Shown here: piece by piece, positions 27,147 to 35,755 of the stretch
Layout of the letters: the number at the start of each line of letters is the position of its first letter
Numbering within the stretch: the first letter of the stretch is position 1
Assembly (NCBI GenBank): GCA_965369035.1
Contig: CBDUPF010000001.1
Span: 1-43,146 of the forward strand
DNA: 43,146 bases
Source of the DNA: an uncultured Aliishimia sp.
GTDB taxonomy: Bacteria; Pseudomonadota; Alphaproteobacteria; Rhodobacterales; Rhodobacteraceae
Direction of reading: 5' to 3'
Notes under the pieces: model-generated
What the model was told of the DNA's origin: nothing
Seen by the model: the letters and a program-made list of their open reading frames with translations, nothing else
The model's database searches: none
Position numbers and translations under genes: made by a program

Positions 27147-29234
27147 ATGCAAAAGGAAAATTCCCGGCAAAAGCGACTTCTCGCCGTAGTGCCGGAACAG
27201 GGTGATGCCGGCGACGACTTCGCGCAAGGGGTCGCCGTGGATCACGTCGTCTCCGTCGGAGACATGTTCACCGGATACCTTCTGGGGAGCGATTTCGACG
27301 TGGTCGAAGTTCCGCTGAGTGCGGGAACGACCTACGAGATATCGGTCGGCCCGCGTTTCAGAAGCTGGGCCGATGTGCAGGACACGTTCCTGTTCATCGT
27401 GAACGAGGCCGGAGAGACGGTGGCCTTCAACGACGACATCGATTTCTGGGGCGGCAACTACTATTCGCGTGTGTCCTTCGAGGCTTGCTACAGCGGCGCC
27501 TACCGGGTCGTGGCGACCACGCATGAAACCTACTACGGGCAAGCCGCGGAGGATTTCGGCGGCTACACGATCACAATCCGCGAGGAGACGATGCCGACAA
27601 ACTGGACCCACGACCAGATCGCCAACTACCTGACCTACGGTGGCTGGGGCGACGTGAGCTATTCCTGGAACGTGTCGCCGGGAAACAGCATCACATATGA
27701 CGTGACAGGCCTGACCGAGGCGGGAAAAACCCTCGCGCGCACCGCACTTCTGGCCTGGGAGAACGTGCTGGGCGTCGGCTTTACCGAGGTCACGTCGGGT
27801 GGGGAAATCGTGTTCGACGACAATCAGGCCGGGGCCTGGGCGCAGTTCTCGACCTGGAACGGATACATCGAATCCGCGAACGTGAACATCAGCACGAACT
27901 GGCTGTCGAGCTACGGCACGGATATCGACGATTACTCTTTCCAGACCTACCTGCACGAGATCGGCCACGCTTTGGGCCTGGCCCATGCCGGCGATTATGA
28001 CGGTGGAGCGACCTACGGGGTTCACAACCTCTATTTGAACGACAGCTGGCAGCAGACGATCATGTCCTACTTCGACCAGGACGACAACACGAGCGTCAAT
28101 GCCTCGTTTGCCTATGTCATCACGCCCCAGATCGCGGACATTCTCGCGGTGCAGGCGCTCTACGGCGTCGCGGGCAATATCCGCACGGGCGACACGACCT
28201 ACGGTGCGAATTCCAACGCGGGCGGGTACTATGACCAGTTCGCGACCCTGTCGAATGTCTCCTTCACCATTCTCGACGACGGCGGCACCGACACGCTCGA
28301 CACCTCGACATATGGCGGCTGGCAGAATGTGGACCTCGAACCGGAAAGCTATTCCAGCATCTTCGGGGAGACCGGCAACCTCGGCATCGCGCGTGGCACG
28401 GTTCTGGAGAACTACGAGGGGGGCAGCGGCACCGACATCGTGTTCGGCAACGATGCCGGAAACCGCATCAATGGCAATGATGGCAACGACTCGATCTATG
28501 GCCGCGACGGGAACGACGTGCTGAACGGTGGCGCCGGGGCGGACCGCCTTGTCGGCAACGATGGCGACGACACCCTGAACGGCGGGTCGGGCAACGATAT
28601 CCTGAAGGGCATCGGCGGCAACAACACCATGGACGGTGGCGACGACGACGACAGGTTGATCGGGTCCGACACGGGCGATGACGCGATGATCGGGGGCGCC
28701 GGATCGGACATCCTTGCGGGCTTGTCCGGCGCGGATACGCTGGACGGCGGCGACGGCGACGATTTTCTCTACGGCGGGCGCGACAACGACATCCTGACCG
28801 GCGGTGCCGGAGAAGACGTTCTGCGCGGCAACCTCAACAACGACGACCTGGATGGTGGGGCCGCGACGGACTGCCTCTACGGGGGCGGGGGCAACGACAC
28901 GCTGTTCGGCGGCGACGGGCGCGATTACCTTCTGGGCGAGAACGGATCCGACACCCTTGATGGCGGCACGGGGGACGACAACATGACCGGTGGCGCGGGC
29001 GTCGACACATTCGTCTACCGCGACCAGAACTACGGCTACGACCGGATACTCGATTTCGAAGACGGGACAGACCTGATCGACCTCACGGATTTCGGCCTCT
29101 CCGGGATGGTCGATATCAATTCGATCGCGTCGGATGTCACGGCGGGTGTCCGCATCAATTTCGGCTTCGGCAACGTCCTGCTGATCGAGTCGATCACCGA
29201 AAGCCTGCTCGACAGCGGCGATTTCATCTTCTGA
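27147..29234 (+). CDS. Serralysin-like M10 zinc metalloprotease with N-terminal PPC-like domain and RTX repeats
   Basis: HEIGHALGLAH zinc motif, Met-turn TIMSY, ADILAVQALYG, GDTTYG, FTILDDGGTDTLD, GGxGxD repeats, C-terminal DFIF type I secretion signal. N-terminal DTFLFI...VAFNDD is PPC-like. Confidence 0.92.
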   Translation: MQKENSRQKRLLAVVPEQGDAGDDFAQGVAVDHVVSVGDMFTGYLLGSDFDVVEVPLSAGTTYEISVGPRFRSWADVQDTFLFIVNEAGETVAFNDDIDFWGGNYYSRVSFEACYSGAYRVVATTHETYYGQAAEDFGGYTITIREETMPTNWTHDQIANYLTYGGWGDVSYSWNVSPGNSITYDVTGLTEAGKTLARTALLAWENVLGVGFTEVTSGGEIVFDDNQAGAWAQFSTWNGYIESANVNISTNWLSSYGTDIDDYSFQTYLHEIGHALGLAHAGDYDGGATYGVHNLYLNDSWQQTIMSYFDQDDNTSVNASFAYVITPQIADILAVQALYGVAGNIRTGDTTYGANSNAGGYYDQFATLSNVSFTILDDGGTDTLDTSTYGGWQNVDLEPESYSSIFGETGNLGIARGTVLENYEGGSGTDIVFGNDAGNRINGNDGNDSIYGRDGNDVLNGGAGADRLVGNDGDDTLNGGSGNDILKGIGGNNTMDGGDDDDRLIGSDTGDDAMIGGAGSDILAGLSGADTLDGGDGDDFLYGGRDNDILTGGAGEDVLRGNLNNDDLDGGAATDCLYGGGGNDTLFGGDGRDYLLGENGSDTLDGGTGDDNMTGGAGVDTFVYRDQNYGYDRILDFEDGTDLIDLTDFGLSGMVDINSIASDVTAGVRINFGFGNVLLIESITESLLDSGDFIF
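28419..29015 (+). repeat. 22 contiguous RTX calcium-binding nonapeptide repeats (27-bp period) within the protease CDS
   Basis: Counted from GGSGTDIVF to GGAGVDTFV; one unit has 10 residues (GSDTGDDAMI). Confidence 0.9.
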
Positions 29235-29241
29235 CCCGCCG

Positions 29242-30354
29242 TCAGGCGGCGATGCGTTCGTAAAGACCCAGCACCTGCCGACGATAGATGTCCGGGTAGG
29301 ACCAGGTGGGTGCGTCCTCCCAGAACGGCTCCAGCCCCGCGTAGTCGCGGGCTTCCTCGACGATGGCCTCCGCCCACGCCGCCGGGTCCTCCGCCACAAA
29401 CCGGACGTGGGACAGGTTCATCCGTTCGGCCTGCGTTTTCAGACCCAGGGTGTCCGAGGACAGGATGCGGTAGCGCATGATGGCGTACTCCGCGAACTTC
29501 AGCGAAGGCGCGTATTCGTGGTATTCGTGGTTCATGTAGGCGAGCCCGATCCCCGGCTTGTCGCGCAGGAGTTCGTAGAGCCGGTCGCGGGGCAGGGTGC
29601 CGTGATAGACGACGCCGGGGATCTCCTTGAGCATGCGCTTCTGCTCCGGCTTGGTGGGACCCGCCACATGCATCACGATGCGCCGTTCGTTATGGCGCCG
29701 CGGGTCGCTTTGCATTTCGGCGACCTTGCGGAAGGTCTCGATCAGGAATTCCGACTTGCGGTTGCGAGGCTTCAGCGAGCCGATGAACCAGACGTTCACC
29801 TCCTCGGCAAGGTGTTCGGGCTCCCTTGCCTCGCCCTCCGGCAGCCGGTCATAGCCGAGGTCGATGATATGCTTGGGCTTGCGGATCACGGTGTGGTTCG
29901 TCTCCACCGCCCAGGGGTTGCCCGCCAGGTGATGCGTGAACCGCTGCATGACGGAGTTCAGCATCATCTTGCGTTTGAGCCGCACGCCCTTGGCGAGGTT
30001 GACGGAGCGATGGTCCATCACGATCTGCGCCTTCGATCCGAGGAGCCGCAGCCCGATCCGGATGAACATCAAAAGCACCGCGTTCTGCTGACGGTAGAAG
30101 ATGTGGATGACGTCGATCCGTTCCTGCTTGGCCTTGCGCGCGATTCGCAGACCGTGTCGCAACCAGGTGCGGTTCCACTCCAGCCGCAGGTATTCGGCCT
30201 TCTGCCGCGTTTCGATGTGGAACTTGTTGCGCGGGAAATCGGCGACGATCACCTTGTCGATGGACGGTTCCGCCGCCGACATCCGCGGGAAGATGTCGGC
30301 TGCGTTGGCTCCGGCATCGCCGAGGACCCAGGTCGTGACGTAGAGGACCCGCAT
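29242..30354 (-). CDS. Divergent GT-B glycosyltransferase (GT4-like)
   Basis: MRVLYVTT start, IDVIHI, FIGSL, HVAG, VVYHGTLP, APSLKFAEYA (P.K..EY motif), ILSSD. Confidence 0.7.
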   Translation of the reverse strand: MRVLYVTTWVLGDAGANAADIFPRMSAAEPSIDKVIVADFPRNKFHIETRQKAEYLRLEWNRTWLRHGLRIARKAKQERIDVIHIFYRQQNAVLLMFIRIGLRLLGSKAQIVMDHRSVNLAKGVRLKRKMMLNSVMQRFTHHLAGNPWAVETNHTVIRKPKHIIDLGYDRLPEGEAREPEHLAEEVNVWFIGSLKPRNRKSEFLIETFRKVAEMQSDPRRHNERRIVMHVAGPTKPEQKRMLKEIPGVVYHGTLPRDRLYELLRDKPGIGLAYMNHEYHEYAPSLKFAEYAIMRYRILSSDTLGLKTQAERMNLSHVRFVAEDPAAWAEAIVEEARDYAGLEPFWEDAPTWSYPDIYRRQVLGLYERIAA

Positions 30355-30357
30355 GAC

Positions 30358-31332
30358 CTACCTGTGTGCAATTCGCAGCGCCGTGATGCGCTGGTTCGGC
30401 CCGATGGCCAGCTGCGATCCCGTGCGCAGGTCCTTGGTGTTTTCGGTCTTGCCGTCGCCATTCCGGACACAGAACTGGATGGAGTAGTTGCGCGGCATGG
30501 CAAACGTCATGCGCCGCATCCCGTCGAGGACAAGCGGTTCACGTCCGACCGTGACGGCGCTGGCCGTGCCGTCTTCGCGTTCGAGGCTCACACCGAACTC
30601 GAACCCATCCGGCGCGGACATTCTGAACTCGGTCAGGGGCTCCTGCCGGTGCAGGCCCCAGGACCAGCTTCCGGCGATGTTGCGATGCACAATGTCGCCG
30701 TGGTGCACCTCCACCTCCGTGCCCTTGAGCTTGGGGTAGATGCTGTGGACCGCGTTGGCGATGCGATGATCGTCCTCCGCGGTGAACGCCCACACGCGGC
30801 CGATCACGTAGAGCTTCATCTGGCCGTCTTCCGTGATCCGCTGGACGTTGCGCACGATATCCGGCCAGCCGCCGGCAAAGTCGTCGCCGCAGATGATCGC
30901 ATCGCGGGTGAAGTAGGGGCTGAAGAACTTGTAGTTGTCGGTCCAGCCCGGGTCGCCGTGGGTGGCGTCGTCGAAGTAGAAACCGATCTTGTCCTTCCAC
31001 GTGTCGCGCACCACGCCGGGCGCAAACCCCTGGTGAATGTTCAGGGTCCTGATGCCCGTCGTGAACGTCTCGAATGCCTCCCGGCTCAGGTCGAGACCGA
31101 GACGTTTGCGCACCCAGGGCGCATTCTCGAACGTGTCGATGGTGTGGATCGGAACGCTGTCGTCCTTGCGTCCGGCGTCGATCGCGTTGGTCGAGGACCC
31201 GAACAGGGGGCCGATCTCCAGAAAACAGCCCGACTGCCGCTCCGCGGCCAGCGCCTGCAGAAACCGCAGCCCGGCAAGCGTCATGGTGCGGGGGGCGTCG
31301 TTCTTCAGTTCGGTCGTCATGGTGTCCGTCAT
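30358..31332 (-). CDS. Class I SAM-dependent methyltransferase (Methyltransf_24-like) with beta-rich C-terminal domain
   Basis: FLEIGPLFGSST, HTIDTF, FYFDDATHGDPG, IICGDDF; TGATG overlap with the upstream epimerase. Confidence 0.8.
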   Translation of the reverse strand: MTDTMTTELKNDAPRTMTLAGLRFLQALAAERQSGCFLEIGPLFGSSTNAIDAGRKDDSVPIHTIDTFENAPWVRKRLGLDLSREAFETFTTGIRTLNIHQGFAPGVVRDTWKDKIGFYFDDATHGDPGWTDNYKFFSPYFTRDAIICGDDFAGGWPDIVRNVQRITEDGQMKLYVIGRVWAFTAEDDHRIANAVHSIYPKLKGTEVEVHHGDIVHRNIAGSWSWGLHRQEPLTEFRMSAPDGFEFGVSLEREDGTASAVTVGREPLVLDGMRRMTFAMPRNYSIQFCVRNGDGKTENTKDLRTGSQLAIGPNQRITALRIAHR

Positions 31333-32249
31333 CACATGGTCTCCTGGAACCAGGCCAGTGTTCTGTCCACACCGCGCCGCAGGTCGTATTCGGGTTCGAA
31401 ATCCAGCACCTCGCGGGCCCGGGTGATGTCGCAGACATTGTGCTTCACCTCGCCGGCCAGGTCGGGTCCGTGCACGATTTCCAGCTCTTTCTCGGGGTCG
31501 ACCGATCTCAGGATGTCGACCAGTTCGATGATCGAGGTGCGCACCCCGGTGCCCAGCTGGAACGGTCCGGTCGCCCGTTTCTGGATCGCCTTCCACAGCG
31601 CCTGGCAGACATCGTCGATGAAGATGTAGTCGCGCGTCTGCGTGCCGTCGCCGTTGATCTGCAACCGGCCGCTTTCCATGTAGTTCTTGCAGAACGCGGC
31701 CACGACGGAGGATTTCCGCTCGGATTTCGGGCCGTACACATTCGAGAACCGCATCGACGCGGCGGGCATTCCGTAGGTGCCGGTATAGGCCGACAGCAGC
31801 CCCTCCACCGCGAGCTTCGTCGCGCCATAGGGCGAGACGGGGCGCGGGGGGATCTCCTCGTTGATCGGGCCGTCATACTCGCCGATGATCGCCCCGCCGG
31901 TGGAGGCGAAGACGAAATGCACGTTCGGCGCGACCTCTCGCAGGTGCTCCAGCAGCGATTGCGTCTTGATCACGTTGTTGGTGAAGCTTCGTTGCGGGTC
32001 CACCACGCTTTCCTGCACCGTCGTGGTCGCGGCAAGATGCACGACCACGTCCGCGTTGCGGTAGATGTGCTTGGCCGTGTCGGAGGCAAAGCAGCACACG
32101 GTCGAACTGTCGAAGATCGCGTGGTCGGCCTCGGCAGCACCGTCGAACCAGTCGATGCTGTGCAATTCGTGCTCCTGCGCCACGCGGCGCAGGTGAAGCC
32201 CGAAGTTCCGCCCGACAAAGCCGAGACCGCCGGTAATGACGATCTTCAT
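31332..32249 (-). CDS. NAD-dependent epimerase/dehydratase (GalE-like extended SDR)
   Basis: ITGGLGFVG, VVHLAA, FASTGG, PVSPYGATK, RFSNVYGP, GDGTQTRDYIFIDDV. Confidence 0.92.
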   Translation of the reverse strand: MKIVITGGLGFVGRNFGLHLRRVAQEHELHSIDWFDGAAEADHAIFDSSTVCCFASDTAKHIYRNADVVVHLAATTTVQESVVDPQRSFTNNVIKTQSLLEHLREVAPNVHFVFASTGGAIIGEYDGPINEEIPPRPVSPYGATKLAVEGLLSAYTGTYGMPAASMRFSNVYGPKSERKSSVVAAFCKNYMESGRLQINGDGTQTRDYIFIDDVCQALWKAIQKRATGPFQLGTGVRTSIIELVDILRSVDPEKELEIVHGPDLAGEVKHNVCDITRAREVLDFEPEYDLRRGVDRTLAWFQETM

Positions 32250-32250
32250 G

Positions 32251-33393
32251 TTACCACCGTGCATTCGACAGGATGACGTCCCGGTCGATCCGGTCGGAGT
32301 AGCGCACGACTGTCTCTTCGATTTCGGTCAGAAGGCCGTCGGCCAGCTTGATCGGATCGAACCCGAGCGAACAGAGCCCGTGGTTCGAAACCTTGAGCTT
32401 GTTCTCCGCCGCTTCCTTGCGGGGGTTGTCGAGATATCCGATCTCCGTGCCCGTTTTTTCGGAGATCAACTCGGCCAGGTCACGGACCGTGTGCACTTCG
32501 GCCACCTGGTTGAACACGCGCGGGCGCTCGCCATTGTTGGGGGGATTGTTTGCGGCAAGAGAGATGCACTTCGCCGTGTCCTGAATATGGATGAAGGCAC
32601 GCGATTGGCCGCCCGTGCCGTAGACCGTGAGCGGGAAGCCGATCTGGGCCTGGGCGATCATGCGGTTGAGCACGGTGCCGTATTCGCCGTCATAGTCGAA
32701 ACGGTTGATCAGGACCGGATCGGTCTTGGTGATCTCGGTTTCCGTGCCCCAGACGATGCCCTGGTGCAGGTCGGTGATCTGGAAGCCCCAGTTCTTGGCG
32801 TAGAACTGCATGATCTGGTGATCCAGCACCTTGGTCAGGTGGTAGATCGAACCCGGGTTCCCCGGGTAGGGGATCGACATCTTCTTTTTCGTCTCAAGCA
32901 CCTCGATATCGAGGTAACCTTCGGGGATCTCGCCGAAATCGTCGTTGTAGCCATAGACCCCCATCGTGCCCAGGTGCACGATATGCGGCCGCTGGTTCAG
33001 ATCAACGAGGATGGAGAGCAGGTTGTTCGTGCCGGACACGTTGTTGTCGATCGTGTACTTGCGCTCGTAATCGCTCAACATCGAATAGGGGGCCGAGCGC
33101 TGTTCGGCGAAATGGACCACCACGTCGGGTACGACCTCGGCGAGGATGTCGCGCAAGCGGTTCGGGTCACGGGCGATGTCGCAGAAGATGAAGTCGATGT
33201 CGCCCACGTCCTGCGCAGCTTCGATCCGCTTGTTGATCGACGGAACAGGGGTCAGAGACGGGGCGGAGAGCTTCTCGCCGATGCTGCGGCGGGACAAGTT
33301 GTCGATGATCGTGACCTTGTGCCCTTCGGACGCCAGGCGCAGGGCGCTGGGCCAACCGCAGAAGCCGTCTCCTCCGAGAACTGTGATTTTCAT
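32251..33393 (-). CDS. sqdB: UDP-sulfoquinovose synthase
   Basis: LGGDGFCGWP, HFAEQRSAPYSM, HLGTMGVYG, NPGSIYHLTK, TDLHQGIVWG, NRFDYDGEYGTVLNR, YGTGGQSRAFIHIQD, NPRKE. Confidence 0.93.
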   Translation of the reverse strand: MKITVLGGDGFCGWPSALRLASEGHKVTIIDNLSRRSIGEKLSAPSLTPVPSINKRIEAAQDVGDIDFIFCDIARDPNRLRDILAEVVPDVVVHFAEQRSAPYSMLSDYERKYTIDNNVSGTNNLLSILVDLNQRPHIVHLGTMGVYGYNDDFGEIPEGYLDIEVLETKKKMSIPYPGNPGSIYHLTKVLDHQIMQFYAKNWGFQITDLHQGIVWGTETEITKTDPVLINRFDYDGEYGTVLNRMIAQAQIGFPLTVYGTGGQSRAFIHIQDTAKCISLAANNPPNNGERPRVFNQVAEVHTVRDLAELISEKTGTEIGYLDNPRKEAAENKLKVSNHGLCSLGFDPIKLADGLLTEIEETVVRYSDRIDRDVILSNARW

Positions 33394-33501
33394 GGTTCAC
33401 CTATTGTAAGTCTGAGCAGTGGAACGCCTTGATGGAATGTCGGGCCAGGCAGGAGTTGACCCGAGAGGGAGAGCCGGCGCGCAACTGCTCCCCCTTGGAC
33501 G

Positions 33502-34371
33502 TCATGAGGTTACTGGTTTGGCGCGTTTCCGCGGGGCGGCGGATTGCGGCGGGTGGGGTGCCTTTCGTCGGCGCATAAGGTATCTGATCCGGCGCAACCG
33601 GTTTGAGCCGAGAGCGACGTGAAGCGAAAAGAGAAAAACCGCATAAGGGACGTGGCGAAGCGACCCGGAGTGCAGGAGGAATTCCAGGTTCAGCTTCAGG
33701 TTCAGCCACTTCTGCCTGAACAGATTGCGGGAGCGCGGGTCGAGGTTGTAGGTGCCGACGACCGTGCCGAGGTTCCGGATCCGCAGCCCGGCCTTGCGCG
33801 CTTGCAGCAGCAAGGCCTTGTCCTCGAGCCGGTGCGGCCAGTATCGCAATCCGGCCCTGTCGAAGGCATCGAGACGGAACGCCATGGAGGGATGCAGGAC
33901 GAACTGGTTCTCGATGAAATCGACAGGGCCGGGGCGGACTTCCGGCAGCATCAGGTATCCGGGTGCGTCCGGTGGGATGTAGTGAAGCCCACCGCCGCAA
34001 AGGTCGCATGCTCCGGCGGTCAGCAACTCGGATTGCAGCACGAAACGCCGCAGGGTGACCGTGTCGTCCGCGTCCACTCGGAAAAAGATGTCGAAACCGT
34101 CGCGCCGCGCATCGTCCACCTGTCGGTTCAGGTTTTCGCCGTTGCTGTGGTGCGGCGCGCGAACCAGTTCGAAGCCGCTGGCCGCGATCTGGTCTCGGAG
34201 CCGCGCTTTCGGCCCATCCGAGTTATGCCAGTAGACACGCACGTGGATCGGGTCGCCGGTCTGGCCCCGGAAGTAGTCCACGGCATCCGCGACACTGGAA
34301 AGGCCGCGGGATATGTCTGCAGGTTTGTGGAACTCGTGGCAGTTCACCGCTATCAGGTGCGAGGCGGTCAT
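33502..34371 (-). CDS. Divergent GT-A (family 2-like) glycosyltransferase
   Basis: FFRVDADD (DxD), RRFVLQ, DLCGG, HPSMAFR, LEDKAL; N-terminus lacks the canonical GT2 start motifs. Confidence 0.7.
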   Translation of the reverse strand: MTASHLIAVNCHEFHKPADISRGLSSVADAVDYFRGQTGDPIHVRVYWHNSDGPKARLRDQIAASGFELVRAPHHSNGENLNRQVDDARRDGFDIFFRVDADDTVTLRRFVLQSELLTAGACDLCGGGLHYIPPDAPGYLMLPEVRPGPVDFIENQFVLHPSMAFRLDAFDRAGLRYWPHRLEDKALLLQARKAGLRIRNLGTVVGTYNLDPRSRNLFRQKWLNLKLNLEFLLHSGSLRHVPYAVFLFSLHVALGSNRLRRIRYLMRRRKAPHPPQSAAPRKRAKPVTS

Positions 34372-34569
34372 GTGCAAGCTGGATCCCCGTGTCGATCACT
34401 TCATCCCCGCGCGCACTTGGGTGTGCCCATTGTCCGGATCGTCATTGGCTCCCCTCCGGGAAACCGTGGTGAACTTCCCGAAATCGGAGCTTGCCCGTGG
34501 TCGCACGCAACGTTTGATTAACCTTAACGGGGGAAGAATTAACAACTGGTGAACGGCAAAAGGATTCGT

Positions 34570-35730
34570 TCACATTCCGGCCAAAGCCTTCAGCCGCATC
34601 GATTTTTTGATGGTCTCCCAGGCACCCGGCCGGTTCTGGGTAAAGCTGGATTGCGGCTTCGGCGGCAATTCGGTGGCCAGCGAGACGGTGATGGCGTTGA
34701 TCGCGGGTCCCTGCATGGGCAGCGCGGCCCAGCTTCCGTCGGAGGCCCAGCGCGACGTGCCGCTGACCGCCGCCCCACCATTGCCGATCTGCCGGGCCGA
34801 TACGCGGTAGATCACGTGCGGAGTGTCCGCCAGATCGCGGCCATTCAGGCGAACCGCGATGCGGGTAAACGGCCGTGGTGCGCCCGCAACGTCGAGCCGC
34901 GCCTTCTGCCCGGCGGGAATCCAGTCGGTCGCGCCGTGTTGCGGGTGGCCGACACGATACTCCAGCCTCAGGCCGGTTTCCGCAGCGATATCGTCGATCG
35001 CCATCCAGTTCAGCCGGTCGACTTCCATGTGCGCGCCGCACCAGTATCCGTCGAAGGCCATGTCAGGCCCGCGTTTCTTGTTGGCCACGCGCACCTTCAG
35101 GCGCGGCAGCGTGCGCAGGCCCGGCATCAGCCCCCGGGGGGAGACATCGCCCGCCTGCTCGACCGGCTTCTGCAGCGCCCAGAGCGACCCCACGACGCGC
35201 ACCGGCGAGCCCCACTCGCGGGCAATCGCGTCGACTTCGGCCTTGATGTCCGGAAATCGCAGCGTGTAGTCGTGACCGCACGCGATGCCGCCCGGTTTCA
35301 GGTGACCGATCCAGAAGTCGAGATTGCGCTTGAGCCCCGGATTGCCGTGGATCGCGTCCTCGAAATACATGTCGATGGGATCGGTCCAGTCCGACACCAC
35401 GTCCGGGCTGAACCCTTCGATCGCCTCCACGTTGGGCAGGCCGCGCGTGTAGCGCTCGAAGGCGGCGCGCCCGAAGACCGGCACCTCGCGATAGCTGGAA
35501 GCATAGCGACCCGTCCATTCGACATCTTCGAAGGTGTCGATCGACGTGATCCGGACCGACGGATTGGCCCGCGCCATGGCACTGGTCGAGCGGCCGTAGA
35601 AGGCCCCGATCTCGACGATGCGCCCGCCCTCCGGCACTTTCGCGGCCAGCGCGGCGAGGAACGCCATTTCGTCCAGTTCCATCCGCCCGGGGACGGAAAG
35701 CGCCTCGCGCCCGACATGAATGAAGCTCAT
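34570..35730 (-). CDS. Class I SAM-dependent methyltransferase (Methyltransf_24-like) with ChW-like C-terminal repeats
   Basis: IVEIGAFYGRST, TSIDTF, MYFEDAIHGNPG, LKPGGIACGHDY; paralogue of 30358-31332. Confidence 0.82.
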   Translation of the reverse strand: MSFIHVGREALSVPGRMELDEMAFLAALAAKVPEGGRIVEIGAFYGRSTSAMARANPSVRITSIDTFEDVEWTGRYASSYREVPVFGRAAFERYTRGLPNVEAIEGFSPDVVSDWTDPIDMYFEDAIHGNPGLKRNLDFWIGHLKPGGIACGHDYTLRFPDIKAEVDAIAREWGSPVRVVGSLWALQKPVEQAGDVSPRGLMPGLRTLPRLKVRVANKKRGPDMAFDGYWCGAHMEVDRLNWMAIDDIAAETGLRLEYRVGHPQHGATDWIPAGQKARLDVAGAPRPFTRIAVRLNGRDLADTPHVIYRVSARQIGNGGAAVSGTSRWASDGSWAALPMQGPAINAITVSLATELPPKPQSSFTQNRPGAWETIKKSMRLKALAGM

Positions 35731-35755
35731 CGTGCGGTATCCTTGAAGGTCGGTG

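Noticed and set aside
28419-29015. Periodic GGCGGC/AACGAC DNA as a CRISPR array or non-coding tandem repeat
   Set aside because: It is the in-frame RTX repeat region of the protease.
14186-33393. Idea that the sox cluster supplies sulfite to SqdB
   Set aside because: A complete Sox system with SoxCD works in the periplasm and yields sulfate without free sulfite, while SqdB is cytoplasmic. I saw no SoxR-like box in the capsule locus. Proximity is probably coincidental.
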